IMG/VR virus record: IMGVR_UViG_2529292921_000026
DNA: 24,813 bases
Reading direction: 5' to 3' (one strand)
From: a virus
Lineage: Duplodnaviria > Heunggongvirae > Uroviricota > Caudoviricetes
Within the stretch, counting starts at the first letter, position 1. The number at the start of each line of letters is the position of its first letter. The notes beneath the pieces are model-generated. The model did no database searches. It was not told the DNA's origin and was given only the letters and a program-made list of their open reading frames with translations. This document shows, in pieces, positions 1-7,411 of this stretch. Position numbers and translations under genes: made by a program.

Positions 1-420
1 ATGACGGATTATCAGCCATACAGGAAAGGAACTGTGCTTGCCCCAACTGGACCATGCAATCATCTTCATGTGATTTGTAATGATCCTGTTTATTACCCCG
101 TTAACGATTGTTATTGTGTTTTAGTTGTTAATATTTCTAGTATCAAGGATGGTGTCCCCCACGATCCGTCTTGCGTCTTGAATTCTGGTGATCATCGCTT
201 TATCAAGCATCCAAGTTATGTTGTTTACGCTGAAGCTATAATTTGGCGAGTGGATAACATGGTTAGAAAGCAGCGATCGGGTGAGATTTCTGTTCATGAT
301 GATATGCCAGAAGCTACATTCAATAGAATTCTGGACGGTTTTGATATCTCTGATGAAGTTACGCCAAAGAACCTTAAATTTAAAAATAAATATTGCGTAT
401 CATCTATTGATGATGAGTAA
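1..420 (+). CDS. hypothetical protein (139 aa), AT-rich moron-like gene
   Basis: ORF starts with ATG at window position 1 and stops at 418-420. Local composition is visibly more AT-rich than the flanking phage genes. No family recognised from the translation. Being at the window edge, the true start may lie upstream. Confidence 0.4.
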   Translation: MTDYQPYRKGTVLAPTGPCNHLHVICNDPVYYPVNDCYCVLVVNISSIKDGVPHDPSCVLNSGDHRFIKHPSYVVYAEAIIWRVDNMVRKQRSGEISVHDDMPEATFNRILDGFDISDEVTPKNLKFKNKYCVSSIDDE

Positions 421-459
421 ACAACAGGAATTGTTTCGGTATAACTTCTGGAGTTTTCT

Positions 460-633
460 ATGGAAGATCAAAAAGCAACCAAGCCACAGGTTAAGTTCGA
501 CACAATGAAAGCATTCGTAGGTATGGGTGCTGCTGTTGAAGTTCTGATGAAGGCTGCTCCTAATGCGTTCACTCACGCTACTGTCTCTGGTAAAGAGCAG
601 CAGGGTAAGCTTCGTCGTCTCAAAGCAGCATGA
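460..633 (+). CDS. small hypothetical protein (57 aa)
   Basis: ATG at 460 is preceded by GGAG (450-453) with a 6-nt spacer. The 57-codon ORF (MEDQKATKPQVKFDTMKAF...) is below the ORF-track cutoff. Stop at 631-633 is followed 20 bp later by a strong terminator. Confidence 0.35.
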   Translation: MEDQKATKPQVKFDTMKAFVGMGAAVEVLMKAAPNAFTHATVSGKEQQGKLRRLKAA

Positions 634-653
634 TCATAGCTGGTGCTTTTTGA

Positions 654-682
654 AAACCCGCCTTCAGGCGGGTTTTTTCTTT
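654..682. terminator. bidirectional rho-independent terminator between convergent genes
   Basis: Perfect 6-bp GC stem CCCGCC(657-662)/GGCGGG(667-672) with a 4-nt loop, followed by TTTTTTCTTT on the plus strand and preceded by AAAA (a T-run on the minus strand). It sits between the plus-strand ORF ending at 633 and the minus-strand ORF ending at 681. Confidence 0.6.
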
Positions 683-962
683 AGTGATTTTCTTTGCCCT
701 TCTGTTTGACTGTTCTGACCTGTTCCCACTCGATACGTCCTTCTTCTCGCCTTTTGTCTATGTATTCCGCAAGATCCTGAATATTGATGCAACGTTTTGC
801 TTTTTGTGATGTGCCGATGCGATATGTTGGAACGGGCAACTTACAAGCGTTTGCTTTTGCTTCTGCCGTGGCTGGACTCATACCAAAGTACTTTTGGCTA
901 ACTGCTGAGAGTTCAATGTTTGGGGTATTGAATTCAGCCATCAGTAAAAACAAGGTGTTCAT
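681..962 (-). CDS. phage DNA-binding regulatory protein, PrtN (pyocin activator)-like
   Basis: Translation MNTLFLLMAEF...FGMSPATAEAKANACKLPVPTYRIG...DLAEYIDKRREEG matches my recollection of PrtN-family small phage regulators. ATG at 962-960 has GGAG 6 nt upstream; alternative in-frame starts at 974 (ATG) and 989 (GTG). Confidence 0.5.
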   Translation of the reverse strand: MNTLFLLMAEFNTPNIELSAVSQKYFGMSPATAEAKANACKLPVPTYRIGTSQKAKRCINIQDLAEYIDKRREEGRIEWEQVRTVKQKGKENH

Positions 963-998
963 AATTTTCTCCATCAAAACCGGCTGCACCCGGGAAAA

Positions 999-1571
999 TC
1001 ATAATTCTGTGCTGGTGGCAGGAATTAATTTCTGCCAGATAGCGGAAACATATTTTGCCTGATGACGGGCATCAGCCAGGGCGTTGTGCCGTTCGCCATC
1101 GAAAGGCATGTCCATTTTGGGGTCGAATCCGATGGAACGCCCAAGCGTAACGATCGTGCGTACATCGTGGTCATTCCAGTACGCCCACGGGCAGATTTGT
1201 CCTGCTCGCTCGTAAGCTCCACGTAAAATTACGTTGTCGAAGGTGGCCCCGTTACCCCAGACTTTTAAATATTTCGTATTGTCTGCGTGCCGGTTAATGA
1301 AATGGTTTAGTTCTGAGAGAGCATCGCTGATCGACAAAGTATCATCAATACAGATTGCAGCTCGCGCTTCAGGGCTTTGTTTCAACCACCACAGGATGGT
1401 ATCGCCGTCAGGTGTAGCTCCTTGCTTCATAGCACTGTCTAGGCTGACAACCGCATAGAATTCTTGTCCGATGTCTCCGGTTTCTGGAGTGAAGAACACC
1501 GCGCCAATGGAAACGATCGGTGCATCCTTATTTTTCCCCATCGTCTCAAGGTCGATCATTAAGTTGTTCAT
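999..1571 (-). CDS. DnaQ-like (DEDD family) 3'-5' exonuclease
   Basis: N-terminal MIDLETMG (DxE exo motif I) and C-terminal H-x4-D (ERHNALADARHQA) are typical of DEDDh exonucleases. ATG at 1571-1569 overlaps the upstream stop (TGATG), with AGGAGG upstream. Confidence 0.6.
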   Translation of the reverse strand: MNNLMIDLETMGKNKDAPIVSIGAVFFTPETGDIGQEFYAVVSLDSAMKQGATPDGDTILWWLKQSPEARAAICIDDTLSISDALSELNHFINRHADNTKYLKVWGNGATFDNVILRGAYERAGQICPWAYWNDHDVRTIVTLGRSIGFDPKMDMPFDGERHNALADARHQAKYVSAIWQKLIPATSTEL

Positions 1572-2215
1572 CACTTCACCTCCTGCGGCGGTTCCGGTAG
1601 CGGCATCCAGTGAGTTGCTTGCTCAATACCATTACCCGGCTTAATCGTTGCATCTCCGCGCCGAAAGGTGCTTCCGGTATAGCGTGCGGAGCATATTAGC
1701 GGTTCAACCAGAGAGCTATCGAAATTCACCGAAATAAGCACGTTCTGGCCCTTTTCAGGCATTCGATCACTACAGCTTATCCAACCATCCGGAGTTACCG
1801 GAGAGTTGCCGGGTTCTTTAATGTGCAAGCGAGGCTCACCATCTTTTGGTTCAGGCCACTGGCGCTTCATGTTGATCTTCAATTTATCTTCCATAGCAGC
1901 GGTAATTTCAGCATCGCTGATGCCAGCACGGCGCTGTGCATCCCACAACAGAAACTGCATATCAGCCCACTCGCCAAGATCGTCTGGTTCGGCTGCGGCT
2001 TCCAGTGCCTCTTTTGAGAGATGTTTCAGCGGACCAATGGGGCCAACGCAGCCAAATGTGGAGTCAGACCATTTGGCATGCTCGTGGCGAATCTGTTCGC
2101 GTTCCAGTGATGCCAGTGCAATTCGTGCCAGTTCCATTTGTTCGCCACGAGTAAGTCCGTTATCAAGCGGATTTTTAATGAATAATTTGATACGTTCTTT
2201 GGTTATAGCGCTCAT
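1571..2215 (-). CDS. phage protein with C-terminal DUF551 domain and N-terminal MazG-like/DUF550-type region
   Basis: C-terminus WISCSDRMPEKGQNVLI...THWMPLPEPP is the characteristic DUF551 signature of lambdoid phages. ATG at 2215 has AAGGAG upstream and the stop overlaps the next gene's start. Confidence 0.55.
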   Translation of the reverse strand: MSAITKERIKLFIKNPLDNGLTRGEQMELARIALASLEREQIRHEHAKWSDSTFGCVGPIGPLKHLSKEALEAAAEPDDLGEWADMQFLLWDAQRRAGISDAEITAAMEDKLKINMKRQWPEPKDGEPRLHIKEPGNSPVTPDGWISCSDRMPEKGQNVLISVNFDSSLVEPLICSARYTGSTFRRGDATIKPGNGIEQATHWMPLPEPPQEVK

Positions 2216-2216
2216 A

Positions 2217-2897
2217 TCACTCTCCTTTGATGCGAATGCCAGCGGCGCGGATTGCAGCGATGACTTCAGAAACTTTGTATGCCATTACCGTTTGGTAATC
2301 ATCGTGATAATCTGTTCGATGAAGCATGCTGCTACGTTCCGGGAGCGATATTTCCCGAGCATCCAGTTCCTTAACGCGTTCCTCCAGTTCGTAGACCCTG
2401 CATTGTTCTCTATCATCAATCAGATATAACCCAAGACATTCGCTTTCTACCCAACCGCCAAAATCATGATCGTAACGCTCACATGAAAACTCACCGTCAC
2501 CGTCCTTTGTTGGAATGGTGTAACTATCTAATGGGCCACCATATGTCGGCACATTCCCCAATGTTGGATGCTCAATCCACATGAAAAATGCACGTCCGGT
2601 TATTGGGCAAATATCTGGCCGCCATTGGTTACGAACAGCCTTGGTTTCGGATAATTCTTCAGCGTGTTGTTTTACTTCCTCAAGCTCAACTCTCAGCTTC
2701 CCAACCGTAAGAGCAATATCCTCGTTCTCCTGGTCGCGGCGTTTGATGTATTGCTGGTTTCTTTCCCGTTCATCCAGCAGTTCCAGCACAATCGATGGTG
2801 TTACCAGCTCATGGAAAAGGTCCGCGTCAAATCCCCAGTCGTCATGCATTTCCTGCTCTGCCGCCTCACGCAGTGCCTGGTAATTAATTTCGCTCAC
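2217..2897 (-). CDS. Ead/Ea22-like family protein
   Basis: N-terminus MSEINYQALREAAEQ... plus an acidic coiled-coil region is typical of Ea22-like proteins in the lambdoid b/ea region. GTG start at 2897 has AGGAGG 6 nt upstream and a 4-bp overlap with the upstream gene. Confidence 0.55.
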   Translation of the reverse strand: MSEINYQALREAAEQEMHDDWGFDADLFHELVTPSIVLELLDERERNQQYIKRRDQENEDIALTVGKLRVELEEVKQHAEELSETKAVRNQWRPDICPITGRAFFMWIEHPTLGNVPTYGGPLDSYTIPTKDGDGEFSCERYDHDFGGWVESECLGLYLIDDREQCRVYELEERVKELDAREISLPERSSMLHRTDYHDDYQTVMAYKVSEVIAAIRAAGIRIKGE

Positions 2898-3532
2898 TGG
2901 TTGCCTCCTTTGCGAAGCTCAGCGGCGAAGGCTACTGCGTGATCATGATGTTCAAGCGTGTATGCACACTCCGCAAACATCTCCACGCCCTGCGCCCGGA
3001 CTTCAGCCAGGAAAGCATCGGTGGCTGGCGTTTCCCGTGAACGGTAAGACCAAACAATGTCGTCTGTTTCACTGGGTTCTTCATGAGAGCAATTTGGGCA
3101 GACAGCAGTACAACCAGCATGATCTTCTATGAGCATCTTCAGCCACGAGTTCTCCTCCGCCAGCGTCACGCGACTGGCCTCCAGTTCTGCTACGCGCTGT
3201 TTTGCAGCATCCAGTTCAATCGACAATTTTTCCAACTGCTCTTTATGCTTTTTATATTCCTGATATGCGTGCCAAGACTGACCTTTGCGCACACTATCAG
3301 TGATATCAGCAACCTGCTCTGGTGTTAGCGTGGTCAGTGGCTGTGCTGGGAAAATAAGCACTTTCCCGGAATCCCAATCAAAACCAGCATGAATTGACTG
3401 AACCTCAACTGAAGGTGTTGAACCAATGCTGCCAGGCGAATGAACAACGATCGTTACATCCATATCGCGACGATGGCTGTGGTTGTTGGACAAAATACGA
3501 TTCACCAACTCAGAAAATTTGGAGAATTTCAT
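2894..3532 (-). CDS. Ead/Ea22-like family protein (coiled-coil plus Cys cluster)
   Basis: 212-aa ORF with a central coiled-coil (KEQLEKLSIELDAAKQRVAELEASRVTLAEEN) and a CxxC...CPNC cluster, positioned in tandem with the other Ea22-like gene. ATG at 3532. Confidence 0.5.
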   Translation of the reverse strand: MKFSKFSELVNRILSNNHSHRRDMDVTIVVHSPGSIGSTPSVEVQSIHAGFDWDSGKVLIFPAQPLTTLTPEQVADITDSVRKGQSWHAYQEYKKHKEQLEKLSIELDAAKQRVAELEASRVTLAEENSWLKMLIEDHAGCTAVCPNCSHEEPSETDDIVWSYRSRETPATDAFLAEVRAQGVEMFAECAYTLEHHDHAVAFAAELRKGGNQ

Positions 3533-3540
3533 GCGGAGCC

Positions 3541-3951
3541 TCAGTATGTAAAATAGACAGTTGCCACGCCGTTATAGTGATCAAACGATACGGCATTTAC
3601 TTCGTAGCTGGCAGGGAGCTTCGATCCGAGAACGTATCCGGGCCACGTTTTCCATGGAATTTCTCTGCGCTCACTATCGCCATATACCGTACATCCCAGA
3701 GAGCCTACAGCTTCATTAGAACGCGTGCCGCACGTTATGAATCCCAGATTTTGCTTACTGCTCTTAATGGTGATTGGGTGAACGCTGGCTGATGCATTAG
3801 CAGCACGCTGTGCCTGTTGGTTTGCGATATTCGCAGAGTTCGCAGCAGCTACAGCAGCCGTAGTCGCGGCGGTAGAGGCTACAATAGCTGCTGAAGCATG
3901 CACTTGTTGGATATTCACCAACAATGCCGCGACAAAAATCATCTTCTTCAC
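3541..3951 (-). CDS. secreted/periplasmic protein with signal peptide, unknown function
   Basis: N-terminus MKKMIFVAALLVNIQQVHA-SAA is a classic Sec signal peptide, followed by an Ala/Thr-rich linker and a two-Cys domain. GTG start at 3951 has AAGGAG 7 nt upstream and overlaps the upstream stop (GTGA). Confidence 0.5.
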   Translation of the reverse strand: MKKMIFVAALLVNIQQVHASAAIVASTAATTAAVAAANSANIANQQAQRAANASASVHPITIKSSKQNLGFITCGTRSNEAVGSLGCTVYGDSERREIPWKTWPGYVLGSKLPASYEVNAVSFDHYNGVATVYFTY

Positions 3952-4298
3952 TTGTCAGCTCCTTTGCGAATCTGTTCCGCCCATTCTTCAAGGGATTTCT
4001 CCGCATATTCACCGGACAGGCCATCAATCGGGTACGGTTCATTAGCCAACTCTTCTTTCGCTGACAGAATCATGCGTGTAACGTCGAAAACTTCACGCAA
4101 AGACTTATTGATAAATCCGTGATTGAAAGCAGCAGCAAGACGGCTTGCGGTATAGTTAATACCCTCGTTGCGAGCCTCAGCACGTACTTCATCGAATTTA
4201 CGCACCAGATACTCAGCATTTGTTTCATTCACTTTCAGATCTCGCGGTACACATTTCCCGCGAAGAAACCCTTCCATTTCGAAAACATTCATGCGCAT
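3948..4298 (-). CDS. hypothetical phage protein (116 aa), possibly YfdS-like
   Basis: Clean ORF with ATG at 4298 and stop/start overlaps on both sides, consistent with translational coupling in the leftward operon. No motif recognised. Confidence 0.45.
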   Translation of the reverse strand: MRMNVFEMEGFLRGKCVPRDLKVNETNAEYLVRKFDEVRAEARNEGINYTASRLAAAFNHGFINKSLREVFDVTRMILSAKEELANEPYPIDGLSGEYAEKSLEEWAEQIRKGADK

Positions 4299-4825
4299 TT
4301 GCGTAACTCCGATAACTCGTTAAAACGTTCCATAAACATCCCATAGGCATGGCCTGGCGACAGTGGAATAACTTTGAACATCTCTGTTGCCGGGATACCT
4401 TCCAGTACAGGCCAGAAAGAGCCATCATCAAGCCCGAGATCGCGGCGTTCGGTTGCCAGCATAATGAGATCGGCATATTTCACTGGCGTGCTCATAACAG
4501 GAGGTAACCCGTATTTCTCACGGATTACGGCGTCTATTTTTTCTTCCATCTGTTTATAGTCAGGAAGAAGGCGTTTCAGTGGCGCGGGGATGTCCTGACA
4601 ATACGCTTCTGTTGCATCATGCATTAACGCTTCAAAAGCAAACTCCTCCGGAACCAGTTTGCTGCAAAGCACCGCATGTTGGGCGACGCTGTAGAAGTGT
4701 GAAAGATGCCCTGCAAAGCGACAGATATTTGAGAGGGAAACTGCGATATCGTTAATCACGATGTCGTCTTTATTTATCCTGTCATAATAAAAATGCTTCC
4801 CGGAAAAAGTTTTAATAAATGACAT
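4289..4825 (-). CDS. yfdR: HD-domain phosphohydrolase (5'-deoxynucleotidase YfdR-like)
   Basis: HD-superfamily motifs are visible (VAQHAVL ... LMHDATEAY). Using the ATG at 4825 with GGAG 6 nt upstream gives 178 aa, the length I recall for K-12 YfdR; the ORF track extends to a GTG at 4852. The gene symbol is assigned from memory only. Confidence 0.55.
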   Translation of the reverse strand: MSFIKTFSGKHFYYDRINKDDIVINDIAVSLSNICRFAGHLSHFYSVAQHAVLCSKLVPEEFAFEALMHDATEAYCQDIPAPLKRLLPDYKQMEEKIDAVIREKYGLPPVMSTPVKYADLIMLATERRDLGLDDGSFWPVLEGIPATEMFKVIPLSPGHAYGMFMERFNELSELRKCA

Positions 4826-4918
4826 TTTGTTCTCCACGTATATGCGCTGCACCGCGCTGAATTCTGGTAAAAGGAAGCCCTCACCATCCGGTGATTATTG
4901 AGTTAATTACGTTTCCAT

Positions 4919-4940
4919 AAATGCCCCCGCAGGGGCATTT
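4919..4940 (-). other. intergenic stem-loop (9-bp stem, 4-nt loop) without a U-tract
   Basis: AAATGCCCC(4919-4927) / GGGGCATTT(4932-4940) are perfectly complementary. It lies between the DUF2303 gene stop and the HD-domain gene start, so it may be an mRNA processing or stability element rather than a terminator. Confidence 0.3.
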
Positions 4941-4952
4941 GCAGTAATGAAA

Positions 4953-5777
4953 TCAGGCGGTGAAAGTACCAATAAAGGTTTCGACTTTGCTGTCTTTGAA
5001 TTTCTCAACAAGCAGATCACGAAATTCGTTAGCCATTTCTTCCTGCACTGCTTCCAGCTGAATAATGCGCAGAACCAGTACAGGGCGATCACCAGTGATA
5101 ATGCTGAGTCGTAATTTAAATGGACGTTCTTTCAGGCCTTCAAACGGAACGCATTTAAATTCAAATGCCACTGGCATAATGTCTTTGGTCTTCGCTTCGA
5201 CAGACTCCATCAGGGAGCGTTTGCCGCTGAAGTCATTGTCTTCAAAATCAGCAGTCTGGTTCGCTTCAATTGTGATTTTACGGACTGCCGCAGCCGCTTT
5301 TGTTGCCTGAATGGCGTCACCATTAGCATCAAAGCCCACAAGGTAGTCGGCCCAGTCTTCAATCCATTCTGCCAGTGACTTCTGGGAGTTACGCTCGCCG
5401 TTAACAGACAACAGAGCAGAGAACGGTGCTGTCTTTTTCAGTTTGAGGGTGGCGGTGTTATCTGCGTGACCTGGTTCATCAATAGTACCCAGGTTAAGCA
5501 CACTGACGGCTCGCATATTATCGGCATCGATAAAGCAGCGGGTGCCTTCATCTGCAAGATCTTTAGAATAACGGGTAAAGTCATCGATGCTGGCAGTGGA
5601 AAGCGCACCACGGAAACGGAAGCGATTTAAATTAAATTTTTCCAGATCATGAATGCGGAAATTCTCAGGCAATGCCACAGCATCGGCACCAATCTTACTG
5701 ATAATTTCATTAACACCCTGAGCAGAAATAAGGGCATGGATTTGATTAATTGCGGTTGCGTCTAAGTTCTGAGACAT
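4953..5777 (-). CDS. yfdQ: DUF2303-family phage protein (YfdQ-like)
   Basis: 274-aa ORF with ATG at 5777 and GAGGA 6 nt upstream. The length and its position immediately upstream of the HD-domain gene match the yfdQ-yfdR arrangement of CPS-53 as I recall it. Confidence 0.5.
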   Translation of the reverse strand: MSQNLDATAINQIHALISAQGVNEIISKIGADAVALPENFRIHDLEKFNLNRFRFRGALSTASIDDFTRYSKDLADEGTRCFIDADNMRAVSVLNLGTIDEPGHADNTATLKLKKTAPFSALLSVNGERNSQKSLAEWIEDWADYLVGFDANGDAIQATKAAAAVRKITIEANQTADFEDNDFSGKRSLMESVEAKTKDIMPVAFEFKCVPFEGLKERPFKLRLSIITGDRPVLVLRIIQLEAVQEEMANEFRDLLVEKFKDSKVETFIGTFTA

Positions 5778-5842
5778 AATAAGTCCTCACTATATAAAGA
5801 TATTCAGTGATGAGATAAATAATCAGTTAATTAAGAACGATA

Positions 5843-6205
5843 TTAATGACCTGCTGCGCGTAGTTTTCCGTCAGGTTCACCGGCAAGAGTCAGTAATTGT
5901 CCCTGGTCTTCCTGCAGAATAGTCAGGCGACCACCGCGATTGACATACATCGGTGTTTCGGTGGTGTCTTCTTCGGAAATTTTCCCGCGGTTAGTCGGGC
6001 GAACATATGAGAGTTTGTGTTTGATTTTCACACGGTTCTCATCAAATGGTTCGATTTCCAGGTTGAGCGAGACCTTACCTTTGGTTTTCGTGTTCATCAC
6101 ACCGGAAGCGACTTCACTGAGAGCTGCGCCGATTTTGGTTTCAAATACGCCGCCGTCCAGCTCCCCGATAAATGCCTGCACATCAGTACTGCGTTCGCTA
6201 GCCAT
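5843..6205 (-). CDS. hypothetical protein, first gene of the leftward (PL-like) operon (YfdP-like?)
   Basis: ATG at 6205-6203 has GAGGAG 7 nt upstream and gives 120 aa (MASERSTDVQAFIGELDGG...). The ORF track's longer 182-aa version extends upstream through Cys/Arg-rich sequence that looks non-coding. Not Arg-rich at the N-terminus, so not an N-like antiterminator. Confidence 0.45.
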   Translation of the reverse strand: MASERSTDVQAFIGELDGGVFETKIGAALSEVASGVMNTKTKGKVSLNLEIEPFDENRVKIKHKLSYVRPTNRGKISEEDTTETPMYVNRGGRLTILQEDQGQLLTLAGEPDGKLRAAGH

Positions 6206-6253
6206 TTTGCTGCTCCTCATCATATCGACCCTGCAAGGTCGGTTAGTTTCTCC

Positions 6254-6398
6254 ACAAAACAGAGAAGAACACCTGCGGTGGCAGCCGCCCGGATGGATTG
6301 GGTTATGAGCCCGTCGTCCGGTGATGTTCTTCTCTGTTTTGTAAAAAGAGCGGTACCAGCCGGAAGCAAGTGTACAAACTGGTACCGCCAAAGCAGTG
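6254..6398 (-). promoter_or_regulatory. structured leader of the leftward transcript: two hairpins plus a boxA-like motif (putative nut/put-like element)
   Basis: 18-bp perfect inverted repeat ACAAAACAGAGAAGAACA(6254-6271) / TGTTCTTCTCTGTTTTGT(6325-6342). A second 10-bp inverted repeat GCGGTACCAG(6349-6358) / CTGGTACCGC(6389-6398). On the minus strand the sequence CGCTCTTTTTACAAAA (6353-6338) resembles boxA (CGCTCTTA / rrn GCTCTTTAACAA). Confidence 0.3.
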
Positions 6399-6546
6399 GC
6401 TGTTGTGGTGACCGGTGCTGATCTCCGGCTTGCGGTTATTTCAGACTCTCACGGGCGTTTAATTGCCCCGCCGAACAGCTCTTTTCCGCAATAGCTGCAA
6501 TGTCTTTCGCGCATCAGCCTGCGCATTCACCACAACTCTAAAAACA

Positions 6547-6600
6547 AATGTAGGATATCCAACATGCGAGTGTCAAGAGTTTATGTTGGTTATCCTACAT
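6547..6600. promoter_or_regulatory. left operator/promoter (OL/PL-like) for the leftward operon
   Basis: Near-palindromic 18-mer ATGTAGGATATCCAACAT (6548-6565) and a second copy ATGTTGGTTATCCTACAT (6583-6600). On the minus strand TTGACA (6576-6571) sits 17 bp upstream of CTACAT (6553-6548), a -35/-10 arrangement overlapped by the operator. Confidence 0.5.
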
Positions 6601-6616
6601 AAAAAGATAGGCTCAT

Positions 6617-6642
6617 AAAAAAACCGGGGATACCCCGGTTTT
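6617..6642 (-). terminator. rho-independent terminator downstream of the repressor gene
   Basis: Hairpin CCGGGG(6624-6629)-ATA-CCCCGG(6633-6638) is flanked by 7 A (6617-6623, a T-run on the minus strand) and by TTTT on the plus strand. It lies 20 bp beyond the repressor stop. Confidence 0.45.
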
Positions 6643-6662
6643 GCGATAGTGAGGAAGATGTG

Positions 6663-7316
6663 TCAAAAATCCATTATTACTTGTTTGACAAGACCAACTA
6701 TTCTGCAGTTCTCACCGCATTCAATAGTTTTATAGTTAGGATTTAGTGGGACGAGATACCTGTTCGGCCAGTCCTCAACAAATTTTTTGAGTGTCGCTTC
6801 TTGCCCACCATTGATATGGGCAACAACGATTTTTCCGTTAATACACTCTGTATCAATAATATCTGGCTCTACGATAACGATAGAACCTTCTGGTATCGAT
6901 GGTGAGCCGAGGGGATTGGTCATTGAATCACCACGGACCCGTAGTGCAAATGCCATTTCTGATACAAGGGCGGTAGTATAAACCCACTCTTCAGCATCTT
7001 CTTTCCTGACACCAGGCTCCGTCATTGTCCATGAACCCGCCTGAACCCACGAGATTAGGGGGACTTTTTTAACTGCGAATATTTCAGGTTTTAGATTTAT
7101 CTTTGGTTCAGGCGAGCCTTTTCCGCTAACAAGCCACAGAGGATCGCATTTAAGTGCGTTGGCTAGGGCTTGAAGGTTGGCTCCATTTGGTTGGTAGTCG
7201 TCCTTTTCCCATCCAGTAACCGTGACACGGTTCACACCAGTCAAATCAGCCAGTGCTTGTTGTGTCAGGTTCAGTTCTTTTCGCCTTTGGCGAATACGAT
7301 CACTCATGTTCATCAT
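6663..7316 (-). CDS. CI/C2-like prophage repressor (N-terminal HTH-XRE, C-terminal S24 LexA-like peptidase)
   Basis: N-terminus RIRQRRKELNLTQQALADLTGVNRVTVTGWE is an XRE-type HTH. The C-terminal domain carries the S24 self-cleavage serine motif (RVRGDSMTNP) and a catalytic Lys region. Overall it resembles P22 C2 as I recall it, and it sits between the two operator regions. Confidence 0.8.
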   Translation of the reverse strand: MMNMSDRIRQRRKELNLTQQALADLTGVNRVTVTGWEKDDYQPNGANLQALANALKCDPLWLVSGKGSPEPKINLKPEIFAVKKVPLISWVQAGSWTMTEPGVRKEDAEEWVYTTALVSEMAFALRVRGDSMTNPLGSPSIPEGSIVIVEPDIIDTECINGKIVVAHINGGQEATLKKFVEDWPNRYLVPLNPNYKTIECGENCRIVGLVKQVIMDF

Positions 7317-7338
7317 GTAGGCAATCCTACCACATGCC

Positions 7339-7380
7339 CATGTAGGATTCTTGACATTGGCATGTTGGATATCCTACATT
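7339..7380. promoter_or_regulatory. right operator/promoter (OR/PR-like) for cro and the rightward operon
   Basis: ATGTTGGATATCCTACAT (7362-7379) plus a degenerate copy ATGTAGGATTCTTGACAT (7339-7356). TTGACA (7351-7356) is followed 18 bp later by TACATT (7375-7380). A 33-bp block here is a near-exact inverted copy of 6547-6579. Confidence 0.5.
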
Positions 7381-7411
7381 TCTGCTTAACGTAATTTAAC
7401 GGGAGACAGAA

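Noticed and set aside
784-1062. Plus-strand 92-aa ORF overlapping the PrtN-like and exonuclease genes
   Set aside because: It is antisense to two well-supported minus-strand genes and has no RBS; typical shadow ORF.
1806-2429. Plus-strand 207-aa ORF (and 1823-2017, 1936-2154) antisense to the DUF551 and Ea22-like genes
   Set aside because: Ser/Ala/Arg-rich low-complexity translation on the strand opposite to genes with recognisable domain signatures.
5843-6391. 182-aa version of the first leftward gene from the ORF track
   Set aside because: The upstream 62 codons are Cys/Arg/Gly-rich with no RBS, whereas the internal ATG at 6205 has a GAGGAG RBS at ideal spacing. The upstream part overlaps the structured leader.
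6017-6421. Plus-strand ORFs (6017-6421 and 5940-6308) in the left promoter-leader region
   Set aside because: They overlap the 120-aa minus-strand gene and the hairpin-rich leader; no RBS, and they would be transcribed against the promoter orientation.
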